DNA from: Podarcis gaigeae
Taxonomy: Eukaryota
Reading direction: 5' to 3' (one strand)
DNA length: 64,000 nucleotides
Assembly (NCBI GenBank): GCA_964106915.2
Contig: OZ066915.1
In this document: in pieces, positions 1 to 11,389 of the stretch
Layout of the letters: each line of letters starts with the position of its first letter
Numbering within the stretch: position 1 is the first letter of the stretch
The notes under the pieces: generated by a model
Told to the model about the DNA's origin: nothing
Database searches by the model: none
What the model saw: only the letters and a program-made list of their open reading frames with translations
Made by a program: the position numbers and the translations under genes

Positions 1-461
1 ATAGTTTTTTACACAGGTAGAATTGTCAATCTCTCTCTCTCTCCCCCTCCCTCTTCCTCCAAATTTGCCCACTTCCTTAATCCCTTGCTTGTTTCTTCTT
101 TGCTGGTTGGCAGCTGCCATTTTCGGGTAGAAACTATGCGGGGTGGGGATGAGGGGACTAGACTGGATAAATCAGAAAGGAGAGATCAGGCAAATCAGGT
201 TTTCCCTTTGTGTCTCTTTTGCTGATTGGCTGTAGCCATTTCAGGAAGAAACCATTGAAAAAAGGGGGGGGGAGAGATCGGAAAAATCCCTGATTATAAA
301 TGTTTCCATAAGAAATAATGGAAATTTTGGACTTGTTATGTTAACGCTCGCCTAACAAATAATTTCCAGGGAATGTTTTGTGTTCAGTAAGTGGGCCCTG
401 CATGTATTAGTTGTAAATAATCACTGAAGTTGTTATTACTCCATTGAAATTACTGTAGGGC

Positions 462-607
462 CACAGTAATTCAGTTTTACTAGCAAACCGGAGGTTAAAC
501 TAACCCCTTTCAAGCGCCAGGAGGAGTGTGGAGAGCGTTCTCACGACACACCTACACACTGCAGCTGACACACTGACGTGTCACAACACGCAGTTTGGAA
601 AGCTGTG
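462..607 (+). mobile_element. 5'-truncated hAT-type MITE, same family as 35713-35896
   Basis: Shares CACAGTAATTCAGTTTTACTAGCAAAC.GGAGGTTAAACTAACCCCTTTC and the terminal GACACACT.ACGTGTCAC.ACAC..AGTTTGGAAAGCT.TG with the 35.7 kb copy. Confidence 0.8.
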
Positions 608-2373
608 CATAAGCTTTGGGTGGCACTCTTTCAGGTGGGGGCACCCCTCAGCACTGTGCCACAATTGTAAGCTGATGACAGCAAGTGTGTGTGGGAGCCT
701 CAGCGGGTCCCTTCTATATCAGTCATTATTCTGTTTGTGAATACTGTTTTGCATCAATGTGCTTTTGATATTGTTTAGTGGCTACCCTATTCAATGAGGG
801 TTTGATGAACCTGTTCCTGTTCTAATACTGCTCAAAATAGTTAATATATTATTGTGTAATTGTTTTATACCACATTGAGGGCTCTTTTGGGGCAGAAAAG
901 TAGCCTATACATCTTAATAGAAAACAAATAAAGAAGGTTGCCTATCAGCCACCACTTCCTTTCACTGAGGAATCCATTGAACTCAATGAGACTTACTTTA
1001 AAATGGGAAGTATAGGACGGCACTGTTAATTAAGTCAGCTAACACATGATATAGTATTTAGTGGGATATTTAGGTACATATATTATTGCCAGATAGTAAA
1101 GTTGGTTTTACCTTTTGTGTAACATGAAAGTGTTGCATTGCCACATATTGCTAAATCATGCATAGACTTTGTCATAAAATAAGCCTGCATAACACCCCCC
1201 CCAAAAAAAAAATTAGTCGAGATTACAACAGAACCTCAGCACCAAAGCAGATGCAGTTTGTATACATGCAGTGGGAATTGAGGCTCAAGCAAATTAGAAC
1301 TCATTTTTCAGTGTACTTCCCAGCAGGAGTTCAGTGGGGGAAAAAATCCTATTTACTTGCCATAAATGACACTATATTTCTTTCAACAAACCTCTCTGCA
1401 AGTTTGTGTGCATTTCCTTTATTAAATGATAAAATCATTTCTAGCTTTAGATTTTAGTGTGCTCCTGCTGGAGGCATTTGATTGTAGAGATCAAGTCTGT
1501 GACATTGCCAAGGCAGAGCATTTCTTATCCTTTCTACATTCTTGGAGTCACAGGGAGAGAACAATGACTTTTAAATTATTGTTTTAATGGGTATTTTAAA
1601 ATCAAACCATAGTGTTTGCCTTCTCCAGACACACTGCAAGACTTTGACATATTTCCCAAAAGATTACACCACAAACAGAAAGCTATACCCTCTCGTGTGC
1701 TCCAGAGAGATTGTGCTTCTTTTTTAGCTTTAAAGAAAAGCACTTTCTAGTTGATTTCTAATGCCTGGGAAAGCTGCTGGATTGATAGGAGTTGATAATG
1801 AAGTTGTTTATTAAATCAGCAAGCACTTGTAATGTGAGCAGCAAGGGAGAGATCCCAGCTCTTTTCTGGCACAGCTCTCTGGTAGAATGGGTTAGAGGCC
1901 ACTGCTGCAAGTGGTATGACCAGCATTCATTCACTTCTTGGCTGCCACAGAGGTGTCCAGCAGAGTTGTTGGCCATTTCCCATTGTTTCGTTGGCCTTGC
2001 CTGCCTGTGCTATGAGCACTTCTTTCAAAGAGTCAACAGCTCAGACAGCACTTCTTAACATACTTACCTGGGAATTAGCCCATTTCAACACTATAAGGCA
2101 TACCTCTGAACTGAAGTGAACTGTAGCATGTAAGCAGCAACAGTGAATTAATGCAGTAATGGTTATTCAACTCATGGCAACGTTTTTTTAGAAAGACTTC
2201 CATGCTCTGTCTGAATCTGGATGCTAAAGTTTCCCCTACCTCTACCCCAGGCTGCACCAACCCTAAAATAATGTTTCGGGCTGCTTTGAGTTCTTATCTG
2301 ATACTGTGATTAGTGTGATTAATTTGCTGAATTGATGTTCTACTTCTCATCTCTTCCTGCAAATAAGTTCATT

Positions 2374-2455
2374 TTTTTGTATCCAGAAAACTAAAGAATT
2401 TTAAAATGTTGAATTTTTGTATCCAGAAAACTAAAGAATTTTAAAATGTTGAATT
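2374..2455. repeat. Perfect tandem duplication, 40-bp unit x2
   Basis: TTTTTGTATCCAGAAAACTAAAGAATTTTAAAATGTTGAA repeated head to tail without mismatch. Confidence 0.97.
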
Positions 2456-3477
2456 GGAACAACTGCAACTGGAATAGGGGGTACTTTTTGCACAAATGGA
2501 CACAATGCAGCCTAATTTTCAACTGTTAATGGATAGTGGTATAGTTTACATCTCAGCATTTTAATGCCCATAAAGCCATGGTCTTGTATAATCTGAATGA
2601 AATACCTACTCATTATTGCAAACGTTTAAAATCATGTACCCAATGCATTTCTTGGCATGGTTGGCCATTAATTCAAAAGCCCAAATGTACGTTAGATTAT
2701 ACCAAGAAAGGATGCAGAATCTGAATCTGAATTAGTTTGTCCAGAATGTTGTCTTCCTAAGCTACAGCCTTTACTTATCTGGGTTAATTTAGACTCATTC
2801 AAATTAGTAATATTCTATAAAATTTCTATATTAATAAGTTGTGAATTTACATTGCAAATATGCTGAAGTCAGTGAGAATGGAAGTTAGCTGGAGATGGAA
2901 ACCTTTCAAATGTTCTTATTCAGTACCTCCAGAATCTTAAAAAAAGAAAAGGCCACTTATAAACAAAAGAACAGAAACATTTTGTTAATTGATTTATTTC
3001 CTTTTTTTCACATGTGAAATCTAATTATAAGAGCATTTCCTTGAGAATCAGATCTGTTGAAACATATGTATACCTATTTATTAATTGAAGAGGAAAATTT
3101 TGCACTGGCAGAATTGCTGTGGAATTTAGATTGGCCATATGGAACATATATAAACCCTTCTGCTAATCATTTTCCTTTTTTTCTTAAATAAATACTGGGA
3201 ATTTTTCACCTTAACAAGACAATGTTTCTGTCTATTTAAATTAAAGTGTTTTTTTTTTTAAATAAACCCTAAAATATATAGCTCTGCAATGTTTCTCAGG
3301 TTTTCTGCTATTATGTATACAAAGTTGCTTGGGTTAAAAAAACTGAGAGTAGCGTTCAGAGGTGTGGAATGCATGTCTATTTATGCATTGCTGAAAGAGA
3401 AGTTATGTATCACTGAAAAAAAGGATACAATGTCACATATGCTAATATCTCTGTATACAGTATGATCAGTAAGAGGT

Positions 3478-3647
3478 GTCTGACAATGAAAAGGACTCCT
3501 TTAGGAGGTTGTGGTCTCCTTCTTTGGAGGTTTTTAAACAGAGTTTGGATCGCCATCTGTAATGAATGCTTTAGTTGAGATTACAGCATTGCAGGGGGTT
3601 GACCAGATGACCCTTGGGTTACCTTCCAACTTTATGATCCTATAATT
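3478..3647 (+). mobile_element. CR1 LINE 3' end fragment
   Basis: TCTCCTTCTTTGGAGGTTTTTAAACAGAG...GCATTGCAGGGGGTTGACCAGATGACCC...CCTTCCAAC followed by a decayed (ATTCTAT)n-type tail, typical of the CR1 3' UTR. Confidence 0.85.
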
Positions 3648-4113
3648 GCATCTTACCCAGGGGGATTTGTTCCAAGGCTTCTGCATAGAGACAAAAATGT
3701 AAATACTCAAGCACTTGGAACTGCCCCTGCACAAGGTTACCAAGGTTTCCAGAGCAGTATACTGAAAGGCCTTCCCACTCTCCCAAAGCAACTCAGGAAG
3801 CTTAAAAGTTATTTTTTCACCAAATTTTCCTTGTGCAAAAAGTGCTCTCTGCCTTGCATGGGGAGTAAGACCTTCTCCACGCATTGGCTCCAGAAGCCCC
3901 AGGATGCTCTTGTTGGACTATCTGTGTTCCCACAAAATCTCATGAAAGCATCCCAGACCCAATGTGTGGTGAAGACCTTCCTCCCCAAGTAAGGCAGAGA
4001 GATTTTAAGCTTGCCACCTTGCTTGTATTTAACTTGCAGGATTTCAACCATCTGACCTTCAGCAGTGTGTGGTTGATATCAGGCAAGTTACATGTGTGTA
4101 AACTGCAATCCTA

Positions 4114-4470
4114 GGGACGTGGGTGGCACTGTGGGTTAAACCACAGAGCCTAGGGCTTGCCGATCAGAAGGTCGGCGGTTCAAATCTCCGTGACGGGGTG
4201 AGCTCCCGTTGCTCGGTCCCTGCTCCTGCCAACCTAGCAGTTGGAAAGCATGTCAAAGTGCAAGTAGATAAATAGTTACCACTCCGGCGGGAAGGTAAAT
4301 GGTGTTTCCGTGCGCTGCTCTGGTTCGCCAGAAGCAGCTTAGTCATGCTGGCCACATGACCCGGAAGCTGTACGCCGGCTCCCTCGGCCAGTAAAGCGAG
4401 ATGAGCGCCGTAACCCCAGAGTCGGCCACGACTGGACCTAATGGTCAGGGGTCCCTTGACCTTTACCTTT
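4114..4470 (+). mobile_element. Full-length Sauria SINE
   Basis: GGGACGTGGGTGGCACTGTGGGTTAAACC head, B-box GGTTCAAATC, (ACCTTT)n tail. TSD AAACTGCAATCCTA (4100-4113) / AAACTGCAGTCTTA (4471-4484), 12/14 identical. Confidence 0.96.
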
Positions 4471-4564
4471 AAACTGCAGTCTTACTGTAAAAGCCAACTT
4501 ATTTAAAAAGGAGAGAGGGAGAAAGAAAGAAAGGTTGGCAGCTTTCTTATTTATCTTGTTTGCT

Positions 4565-4960
4565 ATCATCTACAATATATTATAACAGCCTAACCTGAAG
4601 TTTACAAGGCCATGGGTAGGCTGACTCACTCCATGTATGGTCACAGCTGGTGAACTAGCTAAAGTTGATAAAAGGCACTCTGTACCATAAAGAATCCCCC
4701 ACCTCCTGTGACAGAGATGGACAAGCATCTAAGCTGCAAGCCTGTTCGTTCAGAGAGAGTGCAGCCCCATCCAAATAGAATGACTACCATTTACCCTGGG
4801 AGACAAACAGCCCATCAATAGTACTTTCACCTTATCTGAATTAAACTTCAGTTTGTTGACCATCCAGTCCAACAATGTGCACACTGGTGTAGTACCTCTG
4901 CTTCATCACCTGAATTAGCGGAAAAATAGAAATAGACCTGAGCTTTGTCTGAATACACAT
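4565..4960 (-). mobile_element. Decayed L2 LINE ORF2 fragment
   Basis: Reverse strand gives broken WMVNKLKFNSDKVKVLLMG, LDGAALSLNEQ and SAFYQL*LVHQL*PY, matching the L2 post-RT motifs WM.ANKLKLNPDKTE and SAFYQLRLVRQLRPYL. Confidence 0.8.
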
Positions 4961-7257
4961 ATCATTAATATATTTGGAATGAGGTGCTGTCTGTATTGAG
5001 TGTGTCCCTGGTATAATGCCAAAAATGGTACATAAAATTAATTGACCTTGTAATCAATAAAATTGTGGCCCATTTTAAACCCAGCTTGTACCCCCCCCAA
5101 CCATTCCCTGAGGCAGGCATAAACATTTATCATAGGAAAGGTCTGCCAGTTTGTAAGCACATAGACACATGTTTACAGATCTGCCTCAGTTCCAAGCTAT
5201 GGATTCTTCACAACTAGGGTACTTTCAACAGGTGGAATTTCTCTCTATCTTGCATTTGTGGAAATGCTTTACTTGGTGAAATTTTATCCGCCACATAACT
5301 GCACTGAGCTTCTGTGAGGGGGAAAAATGTATTATAACCCAATTCACCACTGAAGCATGGTTTGTCAAGGGCTTCTGTAAGCAGAAGGTCAAGGCTTTTA
5401 CCAGGAAAGGTGGAGAGCTATGTAGAATTGTTAAGTGATTATGTTTTCTGAGTGGAGAGACAATTAGATTATTCTTTCTGTGCCAACTGTGCTATGCAGC
5501 TGTGTTTTTTTTAATGGAATATAGACAAAGACGTTCTAAACCCAAGGACTTTTTCGATAACTTAGTGGGGTACTATTTTTATAGGATAATTGGTTGAGTA
5601 GTAGGTGCCTTTTAAAAATAATGGGTAGAGTCCAGCTAGAAACCTGTTTGTTTATGGAGAAATTTCTACACCCTGTCATTTAGCCTTGCAAACAAGCTCC
5701 AGGTAATGGTCTGCAAGTATTGCTTGTACCTACTGCCACCTCCCAGGACCTGCATGCTTGGAAAAAGCTCGCGACACTATTTCCACCAAAAATAGGTAAC
5801 ACTGTAGTGTTAAGAATAATCAGGAAGATTTTATGACACCACAGCAACTCAGCCAATAATTGGGGAAAGATGGGGGGAACAACTGACTTTCTCTGAATGT
5901 CACACCAACTTAGTAATTGGACATGTCTCAAAGACTGCAGCCATTATTTACTTCATGTTATGTCCCTTTTCAAAAATCTGCAGCTCTTTTAAGAAAGTAA
6001 CAAAAGTACAGGGTTTTTGTGGCAAATCTATATCTGTGTTCTTTAATTTGATCCCAGATTGTTAATTTCTCTACAACCACAGTGCCCAACTAGGAGGGTG
6101 GTGGTGCAAAGAAAGGAGATATTAATCACACACACACGATAGCTTCTACGTTGCACATCTCATTCAAGGGAATGAGTACTTAATGTAATTATCTACTAGC
6201 ATATGAACTGTTACCTGGTAACATGTGAAATCAATTTGCTGCATTTGCCTAGTCTAAAACACAGGGAAAATTCTCAGAGGCATTGTGTTCCTTTTCCAGC
6301 TATCAGTCATGGATATTCATTAATACCATTACAGTTACCTGTGTAGACTAGCATAGCTTAATGAAAATGTATTTCATTTAAAGGAGACTTCGTAACAGAG
6401 ATAAAATGGCATAAATCACTTTTGGGAGGCATATGTAGTTGAGATACAGGCTAAAATCTATCCTATTTTACCTTGCATCTAAAATTCCCTTGTGTCATCT
6501 TACAGCCCATGTGCTGTTTTAGTGAGGCTCAGCTGTGCAATTTCTATCTTCCTGCAGGCAGTGATTCTTACAAGCAGACAATTACTGGTGTCAGCAAACA
6601 TGTGGCTACGGTTCACTGTATGATTAGCTCTTAATATTTTGTTAAAGGAATAATTTGAGCACATCAGTGTGATTGGACATAAACCATTTCTCAAGCGTGT
6701 CATGCCAGACTGTTTTAAGATTAAAGAGGTTGGAGTAAAATGTCATTTCCTGGCAGTTTAAATAAAACATTAAAAAATAAACAGGAAACAAGGGTTTAAT
6801 TGTATCAGGTTGGAGTACCAGAGCCCAGGCCCCCAGATTGCTGTTAGGTAGCTGTGGCTCCTCATCTTTTACCACGACTCTTCACTGGCCCTTTGTAATT
6901 CAAGGAGGTGTTGGCTACTGCTACACCCCCCAAGTGTTCTCTTATTGGATGGGCAAATAAGATAAAGAATCAACTGCCATAGCCCATATGCACTCACTGA
7001 CCCCTCTTCCTCTGGTATTACACCCACCTGCAAGTGCTGATGGTAGAAATATGTGAACAAGCAAGCATGGGGTAGGTGGGCAGCAGCGGGATCTGGTGTG
7101 GGAGTGAGTGTGGGGATAGTCTAGATGTGGCAAGTGGCAAGCATCATTGGCAAGGATGTGAAGTCACTGCCAGTGGCAGATGCTTATCTCTGGGAGACAA
7201 AGGCCCACATCATGTCAGGTCCTACACAGAAACTTGGATCCAGGCCTGAATTGTCTG

Positions 7258-7380
7258 TAGGAGTGAAGGAGAAAATTGATTCAGTTCATATATAAAGATG
7301 AACCTACCAAATTCACACTTGCCAAAAACAATATGTGAACCAAACTGCAGCCATCCTTAAAAAATCAGACTTAGCCTGAT
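7258..7380 (+). mobile_element. End fragment of a non-autonomous DNA element (hAT-like), related to 38960-39127
   Basis: GAAAATTGATTCAGTTCATATATAAAGATGAACCTACCAAATTCACACTT aligns with the reverse complement of 39060-39120. Confidence 0.6.
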
Positions 7381-7611
7381 TTCAGGATACAAGATTATGT
7401 GGTTGTACTTGAGTTTTCCTGTTTGATTCATTTTTACACGTGAACAATACATATTGTCTTGCTGTATGGCATGAGACTGTCTTGCTGAAGTATTTGTATA
7501 AATATATCAGTTTTGAAAATGAATTAACACATTGGGGAGATTTTTTGTTTTGTTAGTGAAATGACATAAGCTTTTCTATGTTGTATAGTCAATGAGATAA
7601 TTTATTCTTAG

Positions 7612-7708
7612 AGATGAGCCAGATGCCCTATCCAGACGAAAGAAGCAACTGAGGAACTCTGGAGATGATGGGAAATTTTTCCCAACGTTGAAGAGTTTAA
7701 CTGAATAA
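7612..7708 (+). CDS. Candidate terminal coding exon of an unidentified gene (DEPDALSRRKKQLRNSGDDGKFFPTLKSLTE*; alternative frame MSQMPYPDERSN*)
   Basis: Acceptor TTTATTCTTAG ending at 7611, purine-rich exon-like composition in AT-rich surroundings, stop at 7706-7708, AATAAA at 7957-7962. No homolog recognised. Confidence 0.3.
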
Positions 7709-8881
7709 TCACTGTGATGTTAAACTACCCAAGAGAGTTTGGGGTTTTAGCAGCTAATTAAAAACAGGTGCAACAATCATTATTATATTGCCAAGCCTTT
7801 TAATTATTAAGGATGGGTTTTTAAATTATGACAGACTCATACTTGGTTTTCTTTGTACTTTCTTCTTTGCCGTAGGACAGAGTACTGAATATTATCTTCA
7901 GTATATAGTATTGATCTTTTGTACTCCTAGGAAGAGGTGTAAAAGCATGTACACTTAATAAAATGTGTACATGCTCCAATAGATAGTATACTACAGCCTA
8001 CAATCAGATAGGGAATAACGATAGCCAAAAGCAAGAAAGAATTTATTGCAGGGTGAGGGGTTGGTATTTTCCCAAACCCATAACTTAGGATGCATTCTCC
8101 TACTATTAATTACAGGTTAACACAGTACCAAATGTATTCAGTGGCTCTGCAGTTTGGATTTAAAAGACCTCTGCTTTTAAATCCAGATTTGGGACATAGC
8201 TAGATCTTTAGATGGTGTACTGTGTTCTGTGTTTGATCCTTTCATTTTCTGTATAATTACTGCAGTAACTCTGGTATGCAAATTCTTACATATTTTCCTA
8301 TTGTACTTTTTCTGCTTGAATGACTGTTTCTAATTATAGATCTGTATCTTTTTCCAGCTATGGGGCTGATGGGTTTTGGAATATGATAGGAATATTATGT
8401 TAATATAATAATGATAATCAACTTTTGGAAATAAAGGGTAATGTAGGTTTTTCCTATATTACTAATTCAATTTTTCTTATAGATCAGGACAGGCATAGAC
8501 TTTCTTCAATATGAAAAGGATCTCCAACCAGTTTAAGCTTACACGTTGGTGGGGCTCCATGTTCACAAAATTATTAATCTGTAAAGTTGGGCCAAAACAT
8601 TAAAACAAATAAGTAGTTTACTGCATATGGAAAATTCAGAGTTATGTGTGCCTAGCAGCTCATTCCCAAATGGCGGCAATAGGATATCTTCTCATACTGC
8701 TGGGAGAACAACATTTCCATATTTAGTCTAACATGTGTAGTGGGTGGCCTATCAGTTACTTTGCTTATCCCTGGCATTTATTTTCTTAACATATCAAGAT
8801 TTTACATTGGGCTAGGGTAATAGCAACTGGTTCAAAATGGAACAGCCAAATAGTTAATGGGAACTGTTTGCCATGGGCATA

Positions 8882-9236
8882 AGGTAAAGGTAAAGGGACC
8901 CCTGACCATTAGGTCAAGTCGTGACCGACACTGGGGTTGCGGCGTTCATCTCACTTTATTGGCCGAGGGAGCCAGCGTACAGCTTCCAGGTCATGTGGCC
9001 AGCATGACTAAGCCGCTTCTGGTGAACCAGAGCAGCACACGGAAACGCTGTTTACCTTCCCACCGGAGCTGTACCTATTTATCTACATGCACTTTGACAT
9101 GCTTTTGAACTGCTAGGTTTCCAGGAGCAGGGACCGAGCAACGAGAGCTTACCCCGTCGCAGGGATTTGAACCGCCGACCTTCTGATCGGCAAGTCCTAG
9201 GCTCTGTGGTTTAACCCACAGCACCACCTGCGTCCC
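8882..9236 (-). mobile_element. Full-length Sauria SINE
   Basis: Reverse complement of the 4114 family, with an (AAAGGT)n tail on the left. Perfect 12-bp TSD GCCATGGGCATA (8870-8881 / 9237-9248). Confidence 0.97.
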
Positions 9237-9294
9237 GCCATGGGCATACTATATCAGTATTGAAAGCCCTGGAGACAATTTTGCTTCCGTACTT

Positions 9295-9462
9295 GTCTTG
9301 GCCTTAAAAATCCTACATGACTTGATATCATGGTATCTGAAGACCATCGCCTTCCATGTAAGCTTGCCTGCCTGCCAGGATCCTCATAAGAGGCCCCTAA
9401 GTACCTCCACTTTCTGAGGTTAGCTGGGTGACTATGACAGATATGGCCTTTTCAATTGCCAC
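9295..9462 (+). mobile_element. Decayed L2 LINE ORF2 3' fragment
   Basis: TAAAAATCCTACATGACTTG...TATCTGAAGACCATC...GATATGGCCTTTTCAATTG resembles the L2 C-terminal KAL.GLGP.YLKD...RAFSV region. Confidence 0.55.
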
Positions 9463-9490
9463 TTATTCTGAAATGAAACGTAAGTGAACC

Positions 9491-9616
9491 CAGTGCTATT
9501 TTTCTAGAAAAAGAGGTGCCAGAACACCTCCCTTATTCTCTTATAATGGCAATGGCACCCACCTGAGAGGTACTGGAACTGAGTTCTGATGAGTTCTGGC
9601 TGAAAAAAAAGCCCTG
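9491..9616. mobile_element. hAT-type MITE (126 bp)
   Basis: TIRs CAGTGCTATTTTT / AAAAAAAGCCCTG. 8-bp flanks AGTGAACC / GGTGAAGC (6/8) are consistent with a hAT TSD. Confidence 0.8.
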
Positions 9617-10059
9617 GGTGAAGCACATGCTCTGATTATACAGAGACATTTCCCCTAATTTCAGGATATCTCAGTTTTGAGTTAGCTCCATCATGTAAAC
9701 AAATCAATGATTTAAGTTAATTAAAGTGTTTCTTTTCTAGGATAATGCATTGTGTAAACATGCCTTTAATGGCAGAAATTATAATTAATTTAAATATATG
9801 CAATGTCAAATATTGATATTTAAGAATGGGCCATATTCAGCTATCTGATTCAATTTTTTTTAAGGAACCAAGAGAATTATTTATTTTTAATAGTATCCAA
9901 ATATTCACTGTGCAATGGACCCTAATTAGCCAATTAAAAATACCACAATTATAACAAAACTGGAGTGAAAACTAATCAAAGGCTAACTTATATGCAGTAA
10001 TCTGAAACCTTTTATTTTATCACTTCTAAATAATGTCTTTGCTTTAATTGTGCAAAGCA

Positions 10060-11172
10060 TTTTTTTTTTAATTGGGAGGTTGTGTTATAGAGCAAACAGC
10101 TAAGCAGGGAACAGTACATCTATTGTCTCCATTTTTAATTCATAGTCTTTTTCACAGTTCGTTTACATTTGGTGAGAGACATTTTTGTCATAGACACCTT
10201 GCAATTGGGGGAAAGAGAAGCTGGGGGATGTTCTTTCATTCTATTGCCTATTCTTTATGGGGGGGTTGTGACAGCATCACACGCATAGGTCCTTTGTTTG
10301 TGCATTTATTTATTTTTATTGCTATTGTGAGAGGTTAGGGGTTCCTGAGCTTGGTTGGTTGTGTTTAGTTGATAGCCGTGTGGCTTATCTGTGTGAGGGA
10401 GATGGGCTAAGTTGTTGGGTCAGTTTAGCCATATTGATTTCTCTGCTGTTTGAGGGGATAGGTCATTGTCCTGTTGTGCTAAGTATGTAATAAAGGGGAC
10501 CACATTGGGGTGAAGGCATTCTCCGTAGCTTGACCCCATGCTACTTTGAGTTTGTTGATTAACTTTTCTAATAGGGTGATTTCCCATTCGTTTTGGTACC
10601 AGTGGTCTATGTTCATTCGTGATAGGTCCTTCTAGTGGCTAGTTATGATATTTCTAGCTGCTGAGTGTAAGTGACTTATGAATTCCTTGTAGTGTGCGTG
10701 TGTGTTGTTGTCCTGGAAGATGTTTAATAGAGCGAGTTCTGGAGTTGCTTCTATTATCTGTTTTGTTATTTTGGAAATTTCCTGCAGCACTGATATGCAG
10801 AAGGAATGGACTTTGGGATATTGCCACCACATGTGGAGGTATGTGCCTATTGTGGTGGAGCCTCTCCAGCATTTAGATGAAGTTCCTGTGCTAGCATCTG
10901 TGGTGTTAGGTACCATCTGTATATATGTTTTAGGGTGACTTCTCGTCTTTTGGCTGAGATGGACTTGAATGGTGGTTTAGACCATAGTCTAGACCATTGG
11001 ATATGGTTTAATTCATGTCCTATGTCCTGCTCCTGTTGGTTGGTAATTGTGATAAGGGGGTCTGTAGTGTCTTGGAGTAGTATTTTATATATTGTAGAGA
11101 CCACCCCTTTACTGTGTCCCTCTGTTGTTAGGAGGAGTTTCTCAAAGCTAGTCAGTGGCCTGCTGGCTGCTG
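10060..11172 (-). mobile_element. 5'-truncated L1-clade LINE: ORF2 C-terminus (zinc-knuckle region), 3' UTR and poly(A)
   Basis: ORFs 10847..11104 (VSTIYKIL...WSRLW...KHIYRWYLTP) and 10632..10916 (KCWRG...GTYLHMWWQYPKV) join across a frameshift into a typical fish/reptile L1 ORF2 end. Premature stop at 10632-10634, probable original stop at 10420-10422, poly(T) at 10060-10069. Confidence 0.92.
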
Positions 11173-11194
11173 TTTTCTATCCAGCCTTAGTACC

Positions 11195-11389
11195 CAGGCG
11201 TGCCAACTCTAGGGGGCTGAAGTGTCTTCAGTCCCCTCAATATTTGTTGGAAGGCGGAAGGGCCCCCTCAGAGGGTGGAGGAATCTGAGCGCAGAGCTGA
11301 GTGCAGTTCAACTTCAGTAGCCGGCTCTTCCAGAGAAGCGCTCAGCCTCCTCCAGACGCTGAAATCTTGGGGGCACCTTGGCGCCTCTG
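11195..11389. mobile_element. hAT-type MITE, GC-rich
   Basis: Termini CAGGCGTGCCAA / TTGGCGCCTCTG (9/12 inverted). The left part resembles the 30041-30227 element. TSD is weak. Confidence 0.6.

Noticed and set aside
2374-2455. CRISPR-like reading of the 40-bp and 27-bp (50051) repeats
   Set aside because: Only two adjacent copies, no spacers, no cas genes, vertebrate context.
4164-4355. Mutually similar short ORFs at 4164, 8857 and 43517
   Set aside because: The similarity arises from antisense translation of Sauria SINE copies, not from a gene family.
4830-4935. Apparent minus-strand exon with a good acceptor
   Set aside because: The translation matches L2 ORF2 (NKLKFNSDK), so it is a LINE remnant.
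7612-7668. Selenoprotein-style readthrough frame R-UGA-ARCPIQTKEATEELWR
   Set aside because: No SECIS core (AUGA...AA...GA) identified in the downstream hairpins and no homology.
8667-8677. YY1-like motif CAAATGGCGGC
   Set aside because: Isolated motif with no promoter or CpG-island context.
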